DNA of 63,854 nt, filler included, from Candidatus Methanoxibalbensis ujae (GCA_026134085.1; 3 parts of 3 records of this genome joined end to end with filler, not necessarily neighbours in it); one strand, 5' to 3'; shown: positions 29,552-40,479, numbered from the whole stretch's first letter. Translations and numbers: made by a program. Notes: generated by a model not told the origin, from the sequence alone.

Positions 29552-30580
29552 ATGGCTTTGTCCGGTGTTGCGAGATATGGATATGTGTATGCGCGCGTGA
29601 GGGCGAGGTTTGCTGATGTTTTGGATGCAGGTGACATAAGAGCGCTGATAGAGGCTGAGGGATGGGATGAGTTCATTTCCACGCTCATGAACACTCCATA
29701 CGGCAAAGCGGCAACAGGAGCGGGGGATGCGAGAGAGCTGGAACGTGCGCTTAAGCAAGAGCTGACAGCGCAATACATGATGATCATGCGCTCCGTAACC
29801 GAGAAGAGATTGCGCAATTTTTTTCACCATTTCTTCCGCAGGCTTGAGGTTGAGAACCTGAAGGCGATAATAAGGCTGAAAGCGCGCAGACATGCGGGCG
29901 AGCCGCTTATGTATCCCGTTGATGATTATTTCAAGCGCGGAATAACAATGCTTGCGAGGGAGGATATCACGATTGATGCGCTTTTTGATCGTCTCAAGGA
30001 GCCATATAAGAGCGTGCTCAGCGCGCATATGGCGCATATGAGAAAAAACGGAGACACATTGCCGCTTGAGCGCGCGCTTGATAAAGAGATATTTACCGCG
30101 ATTTTTGAGAGTGCGAGGCGATTGCATGGTGGTGACCGCAGGATTGTGAGTGAGATTGTCGGTCTTGAAGTTGACATTGCGAATGTGATCGCATTTCTAC
30201 GATGCAAGCAGGAAGACACAACAGCTGACCTTCTGCCATTCGCATTCTCGCTGCCTTTTGAAAAGTTGAGAGATGCTGCATTCGCCGAAGACATACCTTC
30301 CTCAATCAGATCACTGCCAGATGGCATCATAAGAAGGAGCCTGGAGCGTGCAATCCCCGATTATGAATCAGAACACTCGCTTCTTCCATTTGAAAAAGCA
30401 CTGAGAAAAATGTTTTACGAGCGTGTAAAAAGCATTATAAGAGGATATCCCATAAACATAGGCACAATTATCGGATTTCTGTATGTCAAGGAGATCGAAA
30501 TACAAAACATATGCGCGATCGCCATTGGAAAGGAGCATGAGATGCCGGCAGATAACCTGATGAAACTCGTTTTAATGTGA
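29552..30580 (+). CDS. atpC: A/V-type ATP synthase subunit C (AC39/d family)
   Basis: YGYVYARVRA, L..TPY, EVENLK.IIR, LERALD, EVDIANV, LYVKEIEIQNI. Confidence 0.85.
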   Translation: MALSGVARYGYVYARVRARFADVLDAGDIRALIEAEGWDEFISTLMNTPYGKAATGAGDARELERALKQELTAQYMMIMRSVTEKRLRNFFHHFFRRLEVENLKAIIRLKARRHAGEPLMYPVDDYFKRGITMLAREDITIDALFDRLKEPYKSVLSAHMAHMRKNGDTLPLERALDKEIFTAIFESARRLHGGDRRIVSEIVGLEVDIANVIAFLRCKQEDTTADLLPFAFSLPFEKLRDAAFAEDIPSSIRSLPDGIIRRSLERAIPDYESEHSLLPFEKALRKMFYERVKSIIRGYPINIGTIIGFLYVKEIEIQNICAIAIGKEHEMPADNLMKLVLM

Positions 30581-30630
30581 TTATGAGTGCGTGAAGATGA
30601 GTGCGTGATTATGAGTGCGTTTCTGTGAGG

Positions 30631-31305
30631 ATGTCAGCGATATATGAGTTTATAGGGGAGGCCTTTCTGATTTCTGTTCTTGTGTTTTTCGTGCTGATGA
30701 TTATTTCAGCGTGTTTTGCGCTTTTCAAGAGAGATCTGTTTCCTCGTTTTTCACTTGCATTGCTCAACTTTTTCAACCGACCGCTCAAGGCTGTGATGGG
30801 ATATTTTCATATGAATCCGGCGATTGTTGACCGTGCTGGAGTTATGTTGATGAACACTGTGCACTGGGATTCCTACCTGAGAACACCATTGAGCAGAAGG
30901 CTGCTGTTGTTGCCTCAGTGTCTGCGATATTCATGTCCCGCATCAGTTTCGCCTTTGAGCGGTGTTATATGTGAGTGCTGTGGCTCATGTGTGATAGGCA
31001 GGATGAAGATCATCTGTGAATCAAAAGGCATAAATATGCGGGTTGCGCCAGGTGGCGAATTTGCGAAGCGTGCGATTGTGAGCGAGAATCCAGAAGCGGT
31101 CATCGGAGTGGCATGTGAGAACGACCTCTACAAGATAATGCGGTTCGCCGCCGCCAGAGGCATTCCGGCTGTTGGCGTAATACTCACGCGGAGCGGCTGC
31201 GTCTCAACCGATGTGGATGAGGCAACACTTGAAAGCATGCTACTCGCAACCGCAGAAGCTGACGAACAGACAACAGAAGCTGACGAACAGACAATAAAAG
31301 CATGA
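30631..31305 (+). CDS. DUF116 family membrane-anchored Cys-rich protein
   Basis: LLLPQCLR..CPA, C..CGSCVIG, PGG, IGVACENDL, GC..TDVD. Confidence 0.85.
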   Translation: MSAIYEFIGEAFLISVLVFFVLMIISACFALFKRDLFPRFSLALLNFFNRPLKAVMGYFHMNPAIVDRAGVMLMNTVHWDSYLRTPLSRRLLLLPQCLRYSCPASVSPLSGVICECCGSCVIGRMKIICESKGINMRVAPGGEFAKRAIVSENPEAVIGVACENDLYKIMRFAAARGIPAVGVILTRSGCVSTDVDEATLESMLLATAEADEQTTEADEQTIKA

Positions 31306-31374
31306 GGAAAATGAGAGAAATGAGAGATGCGCTGAGTGAGAAAGGGAGAAAGGGAGAAAGGGAATGAGGAGGAG

Positions 31375-31941
31375 ATGATGACACGGCGTGGAGAGGGGAG
31401 ATGCGTGAGGAAAACTGCAGAAACGGATGTTGAGGTTTATCTGCGCATTTATGGTTCTGGCGACTGTGAGATAGACACTCCAATTCGCTTCTTAAATCAC
31501 ATGATTGCCACATTTGCACGCCACGGATTCTTTGACATAAGGCTGCGTGCGAGCGGTGACCTCGCACATCATATCGTTGAGGATGTCGGCATAGCACTCG
31601 GACGTGCGTTCGCAGATGCGATGGGAGGCGCTGATGAGCGTGTTTCTGTGCGAAGGTTCGGACATGCGATCGTGCCGATGGATGATGCGATTGCGATGTG
31701 CGCAGTGGATGTGGGAGGTATCAGTGAGCGGAGCTTCGTAGTTTTGAGAGTGAAATTCGCCCATCATACAATAGAGGACACAGCCACCGAGGACATCACA
31801 CACTTTATCCGCTCATTTGCTGAAAACGCAAAATTCACAATACATATTCACGCAGGTGGCGAGAACGAACATCACAAAACCGAAGCCATATTTAAAGCAC
31901 TCGCAATCGCACTTGACCTCGCCACTCAAAAACGCCGTTGA
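31375..31941 (+). CDS. hisB: Imidazoleglycerol-phosphate dehydratase
   Basis: RKTAETDV, FLNHM, HHIVEDVGIALG, PMDD, NEHHKTEAIFKA. Confidence 0.95.
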   Translation: MMTRRGEGRCVRKTAETDVEVYLRIYGSGDCEIDTPIRFLNHMIATFARHGFFDIRLRASGDLAHHIVEDVGIALGRAFADAMGGADERVSVRRFGHAIVPMDDAIAMCAVDVGGISERSFVVLRVKFAHHTIEDTATEDITHFIRSFAENAKFTIHIHAGGENEHHKTEAIFKALAIALDLATQKRR

Positions 31942-32015
31942 TTTGTTATTTTATTATTTTATATTATTTCTTATTATTTTACCCTCATAATAGCCGATAG
32001 AAGCAGTGATGTGGA

Positions 32016-32408
32016 ATGATGCGACGAGATTACGAGATTTATGAGGAGCTGAGGGATGTGCTGCGTGAGATGGATGAGGATGAGTATGTGGATGCGATCA
32101 TCGTTGAAGGTAAGAACGATAAAAGAGCGCTTGAGGAAATGGGCGTAGTGAAGCATATAGCGATGTATCCGGGGGCTCGCTGCTCATATGACATGTTTAT
32201 AGAGCACATGAAAAAATATAAATGTGTCGTTATACTGACAGATTATGACAGAAAAGGAAAATATTTCCACAGAAAACTTTCAAAAAGGCTTGAACGGGAA
32301 GGTATCAGGATAGAAAATCGCTATCGTGATAGGATAGGAGAGATATTTGGAGAGAAAGGTATGAGAACAATAGAGTCCATGCGTTCGTTAATGCGAAGAT
32401 TTGAGTGA
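32016..32408 (+). CDS. Small TOPRIM-domain protein
   Basis: IIVEGKND..AL, ILTDYDRKG. Confidence 0.85.
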   Translation: MMRRDYEIYEELRDVLREMDEDEYVDAIIVEGKNDKRALEEMGVVKHIAMYPGARCSYDMFIEHMKKYKCVVILTDYDRKGKYFHRKLSKRLEREGIRIENRYRDRIGEIFGEKGMRTIESMRSLMRRFE

Positions 32409-33275
32409 ACAGTTCTGAGATGAATGACCAAGTATATCCCGCAGCTTCACGACATCACCGATCACAATAACAGCCGGCGGTTCAACATGTGCCTCGCGTG
32501 CTTTCTCCACGATATCGCCAAGCGTTCCGATGATGGCTCTCGCCTCTTCTGTGAAGCCTTTCTCAAGTATTGCAACAGGAGTCTCAGCTGGCATGCCCTC
32601 ATCCAGCAGCCGCTTTACATTGCGCTCCATCATTTTCACACCCATAAGCATCACAATTGTCCCTCCCAACGCTGCGACTGCAGACCAGTTCACACCTCCC
32701 CCGCTCGCATCCGTTTTTGCTTTTGTTTGGGTTTTTGTCTGAGTCTGAGTCTGAGTCTGAGCCTGAGTCTGAGCCTGAGTCTGAGCCCGAGTGGGAGCCA
32801 TTTTTGTTTGCATCTCATGATCTGAGATGTGTTTCTCATGACCTGTTATGATTGTGAGTGAGGATGAGTATTCACGATGTGTCAGCGGTATGCCGAAGTA
32901 TGCGGGAACCGCGGTGGCTGTGCTTATGCCAGGCACCACCTCAAAATCAATACCGTTTCTACTCAAGAACTCAGCTTCCTCGCCGCCTCTGCCGAATATG
33001 AAAGGATCCCCTCCCTTAAGGCGAACTACTTTGTCATATTTGCGTGCGAGCTCAGCCATCAACCTGTTTATTTCGTGTTGTGATGTCTTTTTTCCGTCAT
33101 CTTTTCCGCTCTTTCCGACCTCTATAACCTTTTTTCCGGGAGGAATCATCTTTCTGACGCCGAGAATGAGATAATCCGCGAGTATAACATCAGCCTCCTG
33201 CAACAGTTTATATGCTTTCAAACTCAGCAGTTCGGGATCTCCGGGTCCTGCACCGACGAGATATACCTTTCCCAT
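32388..33275 (-). CDS. cobA: Uroporphyrinogen-III C-methyltransferase
   Basis: VYLVGAGPGDPELL, RLKGGDPFIFGRGGEE, VPGIS, GIPLTHR; (QT/QA)n insertion. Confidence 0.93.
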   Translation of the reverse strand: MGKVYLVGAGPGDPELLSLKAYKLLQEADVILADYLILGVRKMIPPGKKVIEVGKSGKDDGKKTSQHEINRLMAELARKYDKVVRLKGGDPFIFGRGGEEAEFLSRNGIDFEVVPGISTATAVPAYFGIPLTHREYSSSLTIITGHEKHISDHEMQTKMAPTRAQTQAQTQAQTQTQTQTKTQTKAKTDASGGGVNWSAVAALGGTIVMLMGVKMMERNVKRLLDEGMPAETPVAILEKGFTEEARAIIGTLGDIVEKAREAHVEPPAVIVIGDVVKLRDILGHSSQNCSLKSSH

Positions 33276-33347
33276 CCTGCTGAATACGAGGCGAAATGAT
33301 AAAATCATAGCGCAAACGATTTTTGCATATTATCAAAAGAATATCAG

Positions 33348-35078
33348 ATGATAAACATAGACATAGCGAAGATTTTTGACGAGATAGCGGACATCCTTGA
33401 GATAAAGGGAGACAATCCTTTCAGGGTGAGAGCATACAGGCGTGCAGCGCGCACCATAGAGACTCTCACGCAGGACCTGCGCAGCATTGTTGAGAGGGGG
33501 GGAGGCGTTTATGAATTAACCAGGATTCCGGGCATAGGCGAGGGCATCGCGAAGAAAATTGTGGAGATCGTCAAAACCGGGAAAAGCAGCAAGCTTGAAG
33601 AACTGAAGAAAGAAGTGCCTCCTGAGCTCGTTGAACTTCTTAAAATACCGGGTTTGGGTCCGAAAACCATAGCAAAAATTCACAGGGAGCTTGGAATATG
33701 CACGGTAGATGAGCTTGAAGAGGCTGCCAAAGCGCACAAATTGTCAAAACTGTCTGGATTGGGAAGGAAGGCGGAGGAAAACATACTCAGAGGCATATCA
33801 CAATATCGCAGAAATACGGGGAGAGTGCCTATTGCAAGGGCACTGCCATATGCTGAGATGATTGCGAAAACGCTGAAATCTCTTAAATCAGTGCGGAATG
33901 TTGTGATTGCGGGCAGTCTGAGGCGGTGGAAGGACACGATAGGCGATATTGACATACTTGTGACGGCGGATGATGCTGAGGAGGTCATGGATGCGTTCAC
34001 ATCGCTTGATGGGGTTGAGGAGGTCATCGCGAGAGGAGATACGAGATCCTCCGTGATATTCAGAGGGATGAACGCCGACATTCGTGTGGTGCCTTCTGAA
34101 TCCTTTGGTGCTGCAACACATTATTTCACAGGCTCAAAACAGCACAACATACGCATAAGAGAGCTCGGAATGAGGAAGGGACTGAAAATAAACGAATATG
34201 GCATATTCAGAGGTGAGAGGAGATTATGCGGGGAGAGGGAAGAAGATGTTTTCCGAAGTGTGGGTCTACCCTATATCCCGCCCGAGTTGCGGGAGGATTG
34301 GGGAGAGATAGAAGCGGCGCAGTCCGGAAACCTGCCAAAACTGATTGAGATAAATGATTTGAGGGGAGATCTTCATGTCCACACAGATTACAGCGATGGC
34401 AAAAACAGCATAGAGGAGATGGCAAACGCCGCTATATCATTGAATTACGAGTATATCGCAGCAGCCGACCATTCAAAGTCGGTTGGAATTGCGGGAGGAA
34501 TTGACGAGAAGAAGCTGAAAAAGAGACAGAAGGAGATAGAGAGGTTGAACCGCGAGTTTGAGCACGCGGGAATCGCATTCCGCATATTGTCAGCGGTTGA
34601 GGTCGATATAAAATCAGATTTCTCGCTTGACTTTGATGATGAAATTCTGAAAGAGATTGATGTTGTCATTGCAGCAGTCCATTCAAAGCTCAATCAGGAC
34701 AGGAAAACAATGACAGATCGCATTATCAGTGCTATGGAAAACCCAAATGTCGACATTATCGCACATCCCACGGGAAGAATTCTCGGCAGAAGAGAGCCTT
34801 ATCCTCTTGATATGGAGCGTGTGATGGAGGTGGCACGCGACACAGGCACTGTCCTTGAGCTGAACGCACATCCCGACAGGCTTGACCTCTGCGATGTCCA
34901 CTGCAAGCTCGCGAAGGATTTCGGCGTGAGTATAGCGATCTCCTCAGATGCACACGATGTCACGCAGATGCGGGATGTGATCAAATATGGAGTTGCCACA
35001 GCTAGAAGGGGCTGGCTATCCGCCTCAGATGTGGTCAACACGCGCAGCATCGATAATCTGCTCAGAATCCTGAAATGA
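33348..35078 (+). CDS. polX: DNA polymerase X with C-terminal PHP domain
   Basis: NPFRVRAYRRAA, AGSLRR..TIGDIDIL, YFTGSK.HN, GDLHVHT.YSDG, HPTGR, SDAH. Confidence 0.95.
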   Translation: MINIDIAKIFDEIADILEIKGDNPFRVRAYRRAARTIETLTQDLRSIVERGGGVYELTRIPGIGEGIAKKIVEIVKTGKSSKLEELKKEVPPELVELLKIPGLGPKTIAKIHRELGICTVDELEEAAKAHKLSKLSGLGRKAEENILRGISQYRRNTGRVPIARALPYAEMIAKTLKSLKSVRNVVIAGSLRRWKDTIGDIDILVTADDAEEVMDAFTSLDGVEEVIARGDTRSSVIFRGMNADIRVVPSESFGAATHYFTGSKQHNIRIRELGMRKGLKINEYGIFRGERRLCGEREEDVFRSVGLPYIPPELREDWGEIEAAQSGNLPKLIEINDLRGDLHVHTDYSDGKNSIEEMANAAISLNYEYIAAADHSKSVGIAGGIDEKKLKKRQKEIERLNREFEHAGIAFRILSAVEVDIKSDFSLDFDDEILKEIDVVIAAVHSKLNQDRKTMTDRIISAMENPNVDIIAHPTGRILGRREPYPLDMERVMEVARDTGTVLELNAHPDRLDLCDVHCKLAKDFGVSIAISSDAHDVTQMRDVIKYGVATARRGWLSASDVVNTRSIDNLLRILK

Positions 35079-35315
35079 GCGCGTCCTGATGTTCAGAACA
35101 TCTATGTCGCCCGGCAGCTGCAGCAGATCCAATCCCAATTGCGTTATGCGTATCTCATGTTCGTTGAGCTCTATGAAATCATATGCCGCGAGAAATTCCA
35201 ACACCGCAAGCACTTGATTCCGAGACAGGGAGAATCGCTCCATTATGTGCTCTATCGTGGGCTTCCCCTCCCTGAGAAGTTCCAAAATCTCATCCAATAT
35301 TCTCATTTCCGCCAT
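35025..35315 (-). CDS. Small winged-helix protein
   Basis: ILELL..G...IEHI...F.LS..QV..VLEFL..YDFI pattern. Confidence 0.6.
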   Translation of the reverse strand: MAEMRILDEILELLREGKPTIEHIMERFSLSRNQVLAVLEFLAAYDFIELNEHEIRITQLGLDLLQLPGDIDVLNIRTRSFQDSEQIIDAARVDHI

Positions 35316-35566
35316 ACATCTTGAGAAGCTCCCTTTATATCTTTTTCATAATGTGAAAAAAAAATTTAGAATATGTGCGCATTTCCGACGCACCTCTCGC
35401 ATGGAGCCTCACTGTCAGGATTTGAGGATGTGGCTGCGTGTGAGTGATGTGGCTGCGTGTGAGTGATGTGACTGCATGTGAGTGAAACCGCAAGTTTTAA
35501 AAGAGGTTTCATTTTAGAAGAAAATGCACGGTGGTGAGAAGAGCGTGACAATGACGGAGAGTGGAG

Positions 35567-36004
35567 ATGCGGACGGTGACCATAGGCACTTCGCTGGGAA
35601 CCCATATCATAATGGACCTATACGGATGCGATCCAGAGATACTGGACAGTATAGAGTGCATAAAGAAGATATTGATAGATGCTGCGAGACATGCAAAAGC
35701 CACGATCGTCGGTATGAAATTTCATAAATTCAATCCTCATGGCGTTTCAGGAGTTGTTCTTGTTGCTGAAAGTCATATTGCTATTCACACATGGCCGGAG
35801 CACAGATATGCATCTGTTGACATATACACATGCGGAGACCACACTATGCCCATGCTTGCATGCGAATATATTGTGAGAGTGTTGAAATCCGAAAAACCGA
35901 GCATCATTAAAATAGACAGAGGACTCATTGAGGAGAATATGACGAGGCGAGAGCGGAAAAATGAGGGAGATGACAACGGGCGAGTATGTGGAGTGGTATC
36001 CTGA
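35567..36004 (+). CDS. speD: S-adenosylmethionine decarboxylase proenzyme
   Basis: GTHII.DLYGC, HKFNPHGVSGV.LVAESHIAIHTWPE, DIYTCG; adjacent to speE. Confidence 0.93.
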   Translation: MRTVTIGTSLGTHIIMDLYGCDPEILDSIECIKKILIDAARHAKATIVGMKFHKFNPHGVSGVVLVAESHIAIHTWPEHRYASVDIYTCGDHTMPMLACEYIVRVLKSEKPSIIKIDRGLIEENMTRRERKNEGDDNGRVCGVVS

Positions 36005-36824
36005 GGGATATGGCATGTGTTTCAAGGTGAAGCGAAAGATTGTCGATTACAGAAGCAAGTATCAGCGAATAGAGATATACGAGACAACGAATTTTGGCAA
36101 GATGCTCGTCATAGATGGTGCGATTCAGCTTGTAGAGGAGGGAGAAGCGAGTTATCACGAGGTGATTGTGCATCCTGCAATGCTTGCTCACCCCTCACCC
36201 GAGCGCGTGCTCATCATAGGCGGCGGAGACGGCGGCACATTGAGAGAAGTTCTCAAGCATCCCGAGGTGAAACGTGCGGTGCTCGTTGAGATAGATCCGG
36301 CCGTTATACACCTCAGTCGTCTGCATCTCTGCATAGACAGAGGCTCATTTGACGATGAGCGCGCTGAGATAGTGCATGACGACGGTGTGAGATACCTGAA
36401 ATCAATAAATGGCAGCTTTTATGATGTCATCATCGTTGATTCAACAGATCCAGTCAGACATGCTAAAAACCTGTTCACGGAGGATTTCTACAAGTGTGCG
36501 AAGGATGTGCTGAGAGAACCCGGTATAATCGTGACGCAGGCTGGAAGCCTGTATCCGCTCACAAATGATTTCATAAACACATTCAACAGCATGAAAGCGG
36601 TTTTTGAAAACACTCAAATATTGCTGTCTCCCGTTTTCGGTCTCGCATCTCCCTGGGGGTTCCTCGTGGGCGTTAAAGGCAAACTCGACTTCGAACATGT
36701 AGATATGAGAAGGGCAAGAATGCTTGACCTGAGATTCTACGATGCTGAAATGCACAAATTCTTCCTTTTCCTTCCAAAATCCGTGAGGAAAAAACTTGAT
36801 GGTATTGTTGAGGGTCCTCCGTAG
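35961..36824 (+). CDS. speE: Polyamine aminopropyltransferase (spermidine synthase)
   Basis: SKYQRIEI, GKML.IDG, YHE..VHP, VLIIGGGDGGTLRE, DVIIVDSTDP. Confidence 0.95.
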   Translation: MREMTTGEYVEWYPEGYGMCFKVKRKIVDYRSKYQRIEIYETTNFGKMLVIDGAIQLVEEGEASYHEVIVHPAMLAHPSPERVLIIGGGDGGTLREVLKHPEVKRAVLVEIDPAVIHLSRLHLCIDRGSFDDERAEIVHDDGVRYLKSINGSFYDVIIVDSTDPVRHAKNLFTEDFYKCAKDVLREPGIIVTQAGSLYPLTNDFINTFNSMKAVFENTQILLSPVFGLASPWGFLVGVKGKLDFEHVDMRRARMLDLRFYDAEMHKFFLFLPKSVRKKLDGIVEGPP

Positions 36825-37160
36825 TGGTCTCATTTCCCGGGAGTGGGCTGTTTTGTGCAGTCATGCCATCGCTCGGAGAGTCTGCAAAGTGCTACCGGTG
36901 CACTCCTTCAACTTCACCGAACTCCTCTAACTTCACCGAAGGCGAAGGAGTTTGATGAGGAAAAGTGGGAGTTTGATGAGGAAAAGTGGCTTGAGAGATG
37001 GGTGAACGAGGGAATGAAGTGCGGATATGGCAGTGCTGCTCATATGGCGCCTTTATCGCTTAGTTTGACATCTGCTCAGTTTGACATCTCAGACCTTCCA
37101 GTTGCTGCAGCACTTCAATGACCTCTTTTGCGTCTTTCAATCTCAATCTGAAGTTCCACT

Positions 37161-37421
37161 TTCCACTGGAAATCATCCATATATAAAGATTTTGCATGAT
37201 GAGAGGTTCCAGTGGAAATTGTTGAAAGAATGAAGGACAGGCATTCATTTCAAAAACAGAGGATTATAAGGGGATTTTCCATCAGAAATTAGGCCTGTCT
37301 AAATTTCACATTTACTCCGCATGAAATAAGCATTATCAGCGATCCTTTTCCGCATAAATACATTATACACTCTTCTTTCAGGAGGAATGAACACCCCCAC
37401 CCCTGCATTTCCACTGGAACT
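37161..37421. other. Candidate replication origin A (three ORB/mini-ORB boxes)
   Basis: Minus-strand GTTCCAGTGGAAATGCAGGGGTGGGGG (37420-37394, ORB with G-string), inverted GTTCCAGTGGAAAT at 37206, third box TTCCACTGGAAAT at 37161; AT-rich core. Confidence 0.75.
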
Positions 37422-37553
37422 CAAATTTCCTTATTCAACCTGCGAGAGTATGTCAGTGCATGAGATGCCACAGTTCAAGTGAAATCGGCAGTGTCTCATG
37501 CTCACATCTGCTGGCGGCGGGAGCTTACTGTTGTCGTAGAACTGTGATCGGCA

Positions 37554-37865
37554 GAATATTTTATCGTTGCTGCCATTCCCCCTTCTGGTAGAGAAGGGTG
37601 GGATAAGAATTTATATATGGTGACAATATCTGAGATGATGGTGAAGCAGGGGCACTGGATAACGGCGGCAGCATTTTGTATGATGCACTACAGGAGGCCT
37701 GTCAGGCCTTGCGGAATGAGAGAGCTGAATGAGGAGAAGCGCAGGATCATACTGAGAGAGCAATTCATAAATCCTGATCATGTTCATCTTTTATGCGGAG
37801 ATGTTACAAAGGAAACTGTGAACCTCACTGAGCCCCTTACTTCATTCAGTGAGGGAGGAGGTCAC
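37554..37865 (+). mobile_element. tnpA: Internally deleted IS200/IS605 element: LE + tnpA pseudogene + RE
   Basis: LE GTTGCTGCCATTCCCCTTCTGG; MVTISEM.VKQGHW..YRRP..NPDHVHLL (HUH motif); RE GAACCTCACTGAGCCCCTTACTTCA..GAGGGAGGAGGTCAC matches the RE at 4029. Confidence 0.82.
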
Positions 37866-37982
37866 ATACGGACGGTCTATACTGACTCTATACTGACTGT
37901 CTATAATCAGAGGTCTCTCGCGGTGAGGGGTGACTGATAGTCAATATAGTCAATAAAAAGATATGGGAAAAGGGGAGATGTG

Positions 37983-38462
37983 ATGACGAACCTGTCAAAA
38001 CAACGCAGGATGGCGGCAGAAATTTTGAAGGTGGGCGTGGGGAGGGTGTGGATAGACCCCGAAGCGATGGAGGATGTGGCTGCTGCAATTACGAGGGAGG
38101 ATGTCCGGAAGCTCATAGGGGAAGGTGTAATAAGAAGAAAGCAGAAGAAAGGCGTCTCAAGAGGAAGAGCGAGAGAGAGAATGAGAAAGCGAAAGAAAGG
38201 GCGTGGAAGAGGGCCTGGATCACGAAAGGGTGCAGAATACGCGAGACTGCCGAGAAAGAGGCGTTGGATAATGCGTATACGCGCACTGCGAAGAAGACTG
38301 CGAGAACTCAGAGATGAGAAAAAAATTGACAGACACTCATATCGCATCCTCTACCGCAGAGCAAAAGGAGGAATGTTCAAAAGCGTCGCTCATCTTGAGG
38401 AATACATAAAAACAAACAATATGCTAATTGAAGCAGAAAGCAGAGAAGCAGGAAAAAAATAA
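37983..38462 (+). CDS. rpl19e: 50S ribosomal protein L19e
   Basis: QRRMAAEILKVG..RVWIDP, GRGPGSRKG, W...IRALRR.LRELRD. Confidence 0.96.
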   Translation: MTNLSKQRRMAAEILKVGVGRVWIDPEAMEDVAAAITREDVRKLIGEGVIRRKQKKGVSRGRARERMRKRKKGRGRGPGSRKGAEYARLPRKRRWIMRIRALRRRLRELRDEKKIDRHSYRILYRRAKGGMFKSVAHLEEYIKTNNMLIEAESREAGKK

Positions 38463-38656
38463 AGATGGAATCATGATAATAACTGGCAGAAGAAAAGAGA
38501 AGAAAGAGGATAAAGGAAGAGGGAGGAAGAGGAAATAAACAGAGTAAGACAAAAAGCAAGATTAGATAGGAAATAATTGCTTTAAATAAATAAAAATAAA
38601 AACATATAATAATATGCTAATAAATATAAAAAATATAAAGGAGAAGAGATGGAGAA

Positions 38657-39205
38657 ATGGCGAAAGGACCGACATATAGAGTTCCATTCAGAAGGAGGAG
38701 AGAGGGCAAGACCCACTATCACAAGCGACTGCGACTCATAATGAGTGGAAAACCGAGGCTCGTGGTGAGAAAAAGCAACAAATATATAAGGGTTCAGCTT
38801 ATCTCCGCCGAGAAGTATGGAGATAGAACAATAGCATCTGCGATATCATCGGAGCTTCCGGTGTTCGGCTGGAGATATGGTATGAAGAATCTGCCCGCCG
38901 CATATCTCACAGGATTCCTGCTTGGCAGTCGCGCGGCGATGAAAGGATATGAGGATGCAATACTGGACATCGGTCTGCACACACCATCCCCCGGTTCACG
39001 CGTCTACGCGGCATTGAATGGTGCAGTTGACGCAGGTATGAATATACCTCATGACGAATCAATATTTCCCGATGAGAGACGAATAAGAGGGGAGCATATT
39101 GCTGAACATATGCAAATTGATGATATCGTTGAAAACTTTGAGGAGGTGAAAAGAAGAATAGAGGAGGAAGGCTTTCTAAACGAAAGCCAAAACGGTGAGC
39201 GGTAA
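38657..39205 (+). CDS. rpl18: 50S ribosomal protein L18
   Basis: [38 protein letters not shown]. Confidence 0.96.
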   Translation: MAKGPTYRVPFRRRREGKTHYHKRLRLIMSGKPRLVVRKSNKYIRVQLISAEKYGDRTIASAISSELPVFGWRYGMKNLPAAYLTGFLLGSRAAMKGYEDAILDIGLHTPSPGSRVYAALNGAVDAGMNIPHDESIFPDERRIRGEHIAEHMQIDDIVENFEEVKRRIEEEGFLNESQNGER

Positions 39206-39879
39206 TGGCGGAGGAGGTGGAAGAGACACTACCGGAGAGGGTGGAATTGGATAAGGCAGTAGAAAAGGAGGAGAAAGAAAAGTTACTGGAGGCGTGGGAG
39301 CCGAGGACAACTCTGGGGAAGCTTGTGAAGAAAAAGGCGATAACGACAATTGAACAGGCGTTGAAATCGGGATATCCGCTGAAGGAGCCGGAGATTGTGG
39401 ATTATCTTCTGCGGGATCTGAAGGAGGAGGTCCTTGACATAAATCTTGTGCAGCGGATGACTGATTCGGGGAGGAGGGTGAAATTCAGAATATGTGCAGT
39501 TGTTGGCAACGGAGATGGATATGTCGGCGTCGGTAAGGGTAAGGATGTGCTTGTTCGTAATGGTATTTTGAAAGCTGTGAGAGATGCGAAGCTGAACATA
39601 GCATATGTGGAGCGCGGGTGCGGTTCATGGGAGTGCAACTGTGAGGAGAGTCATTCAGTGCCCTTCAAGGTTGTCGGGAAATCAGGAAGCGTGAGGATAA
39701 CACTTAAACCAGCACCAAGAGGCGTCGGCATCGTGTCGGGCGAAACTGCGAAAAAAGTGCTTGAGTTCGCTGGCATAAAAGATGTGTGGACAAACACAAA
39801 AGGTGAGACGAGAACTTCGCTGAATTTCGCATTCGCAACATTTGACGCCCTTAAGAAAATCGCGATGTACAGAAGATGA
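39205..39879 (+). CDS. rps5: 30S ribosomal protein S5
   Basis: [31 protein letters not shown]. Confidence 0.96.
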   Translation: MAEEVEETLPERVELDKAVEKEEKEKLLEAWEPRTTLGKLVKKKAITTIEQALKSGYPLKEPEIVDYLLRDLKEEVLDINLVQRMTDSGRRVKFRICAVVGNGDGYVGVGKGKDVLVRNGILKAVRDAKLNIAYVERGCGSWECNCEESHSVPFKVVGKSGSVRITLKPAPRGVGIVSGETAKKVLEFAGIKDVWTNTKGETRTSLNFAFATFDALKKIAMYRR

Positions 39880-39999
39880 TGTACAGAAGATGAAAAATGA
39901 TTGAGGGTGCTGTGATAATCAGAACATCATGGACCGGTAGTCTTCATCGCTCGTCTTCATCGCTCTCGGCTGTCGGAACTGTCGGAAGTCGGAAGGAGG

Positions 40000-40479
40000 A
40001 TGATAGGGATGCTGTATGCGGTGGTGAGGCTGCGAGGGAGGGTTGATGTCCGCCCTGAGGTGAGGTATACCCTCAAGCTCCTGAGGTTGAACAGGATAAA
40101 TCACTGCGCAGTCGTGCCTGCGAACGAATATTACAGAGGCATGCTGAATGTGATCAAGGACTATGTGGCATGGGGGGAGATATCGGAGGACATGCTCTCA
40201 ATGTTGCTGAAGCGAAGAGGAAGGTTGGAAGGAGGAAAAAGGCTGACAGAAGAATATCTCAAAGAAAACACACCGTTTCAGTCTTTTGAGGACCTCTCAA
40301 AAGCACTTATGAAAGGTGAAATAAGAATGAAGGATCTGATGAAGTATAAGATAAAACCTATTTTCAGACTACATCCTCCAAGAAAAGGGCATAAAGGAAT
40401 CAAAAAGAGTTTCGAAAAAGGTGGGGAATTGGGTTATCATGGTGATAAAATAAATGAATTGTTGTATAAAATGAGATGA
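40000..40479 (+). CDS. rpl30: 50S ribosomal protein L30 (archaeal L30P)
   Basis: AVVRLRG, TL.LLRL.R.NH, VKDY-like IKDYVAWGE, FRLHPPRKG..GIK, GGELGY. Confidence 0.95.
   Translation: MIGMLYAVVRLRGRVDVRPEVRYTLKLLRLNRINHCAVVPANEYYRGMLNVIKDYVAWGEISEDMLSMLLKRRGRLEGGKRLTEEYLKENTPFQSFEDLSKALMKGEIRMKDLMKYKIKPIFRLHPPRKGHKGIKKSFEKGGELGYHGDKINELLYKMR

Noticed and set aside
37134..37159. Minus-strand GTGGAACTTCAGATTGAGATTGAAAG resembles an archaeal CRISPR repeat ending ATTGAAAG behind a leader-like region
   Set aside because: Single degenerate copy, no repeat-spacer periodicity, no cas genes; the adjacent motifs are better explained as ORBs
37206..37420. MITE with 14-bp terminal inverted repeats
   Set aside because: Identity between copies extends 44 bp beyond one repeat, the interiors are diverged, no target duplication is evident, and the motif matches the ORB consensus
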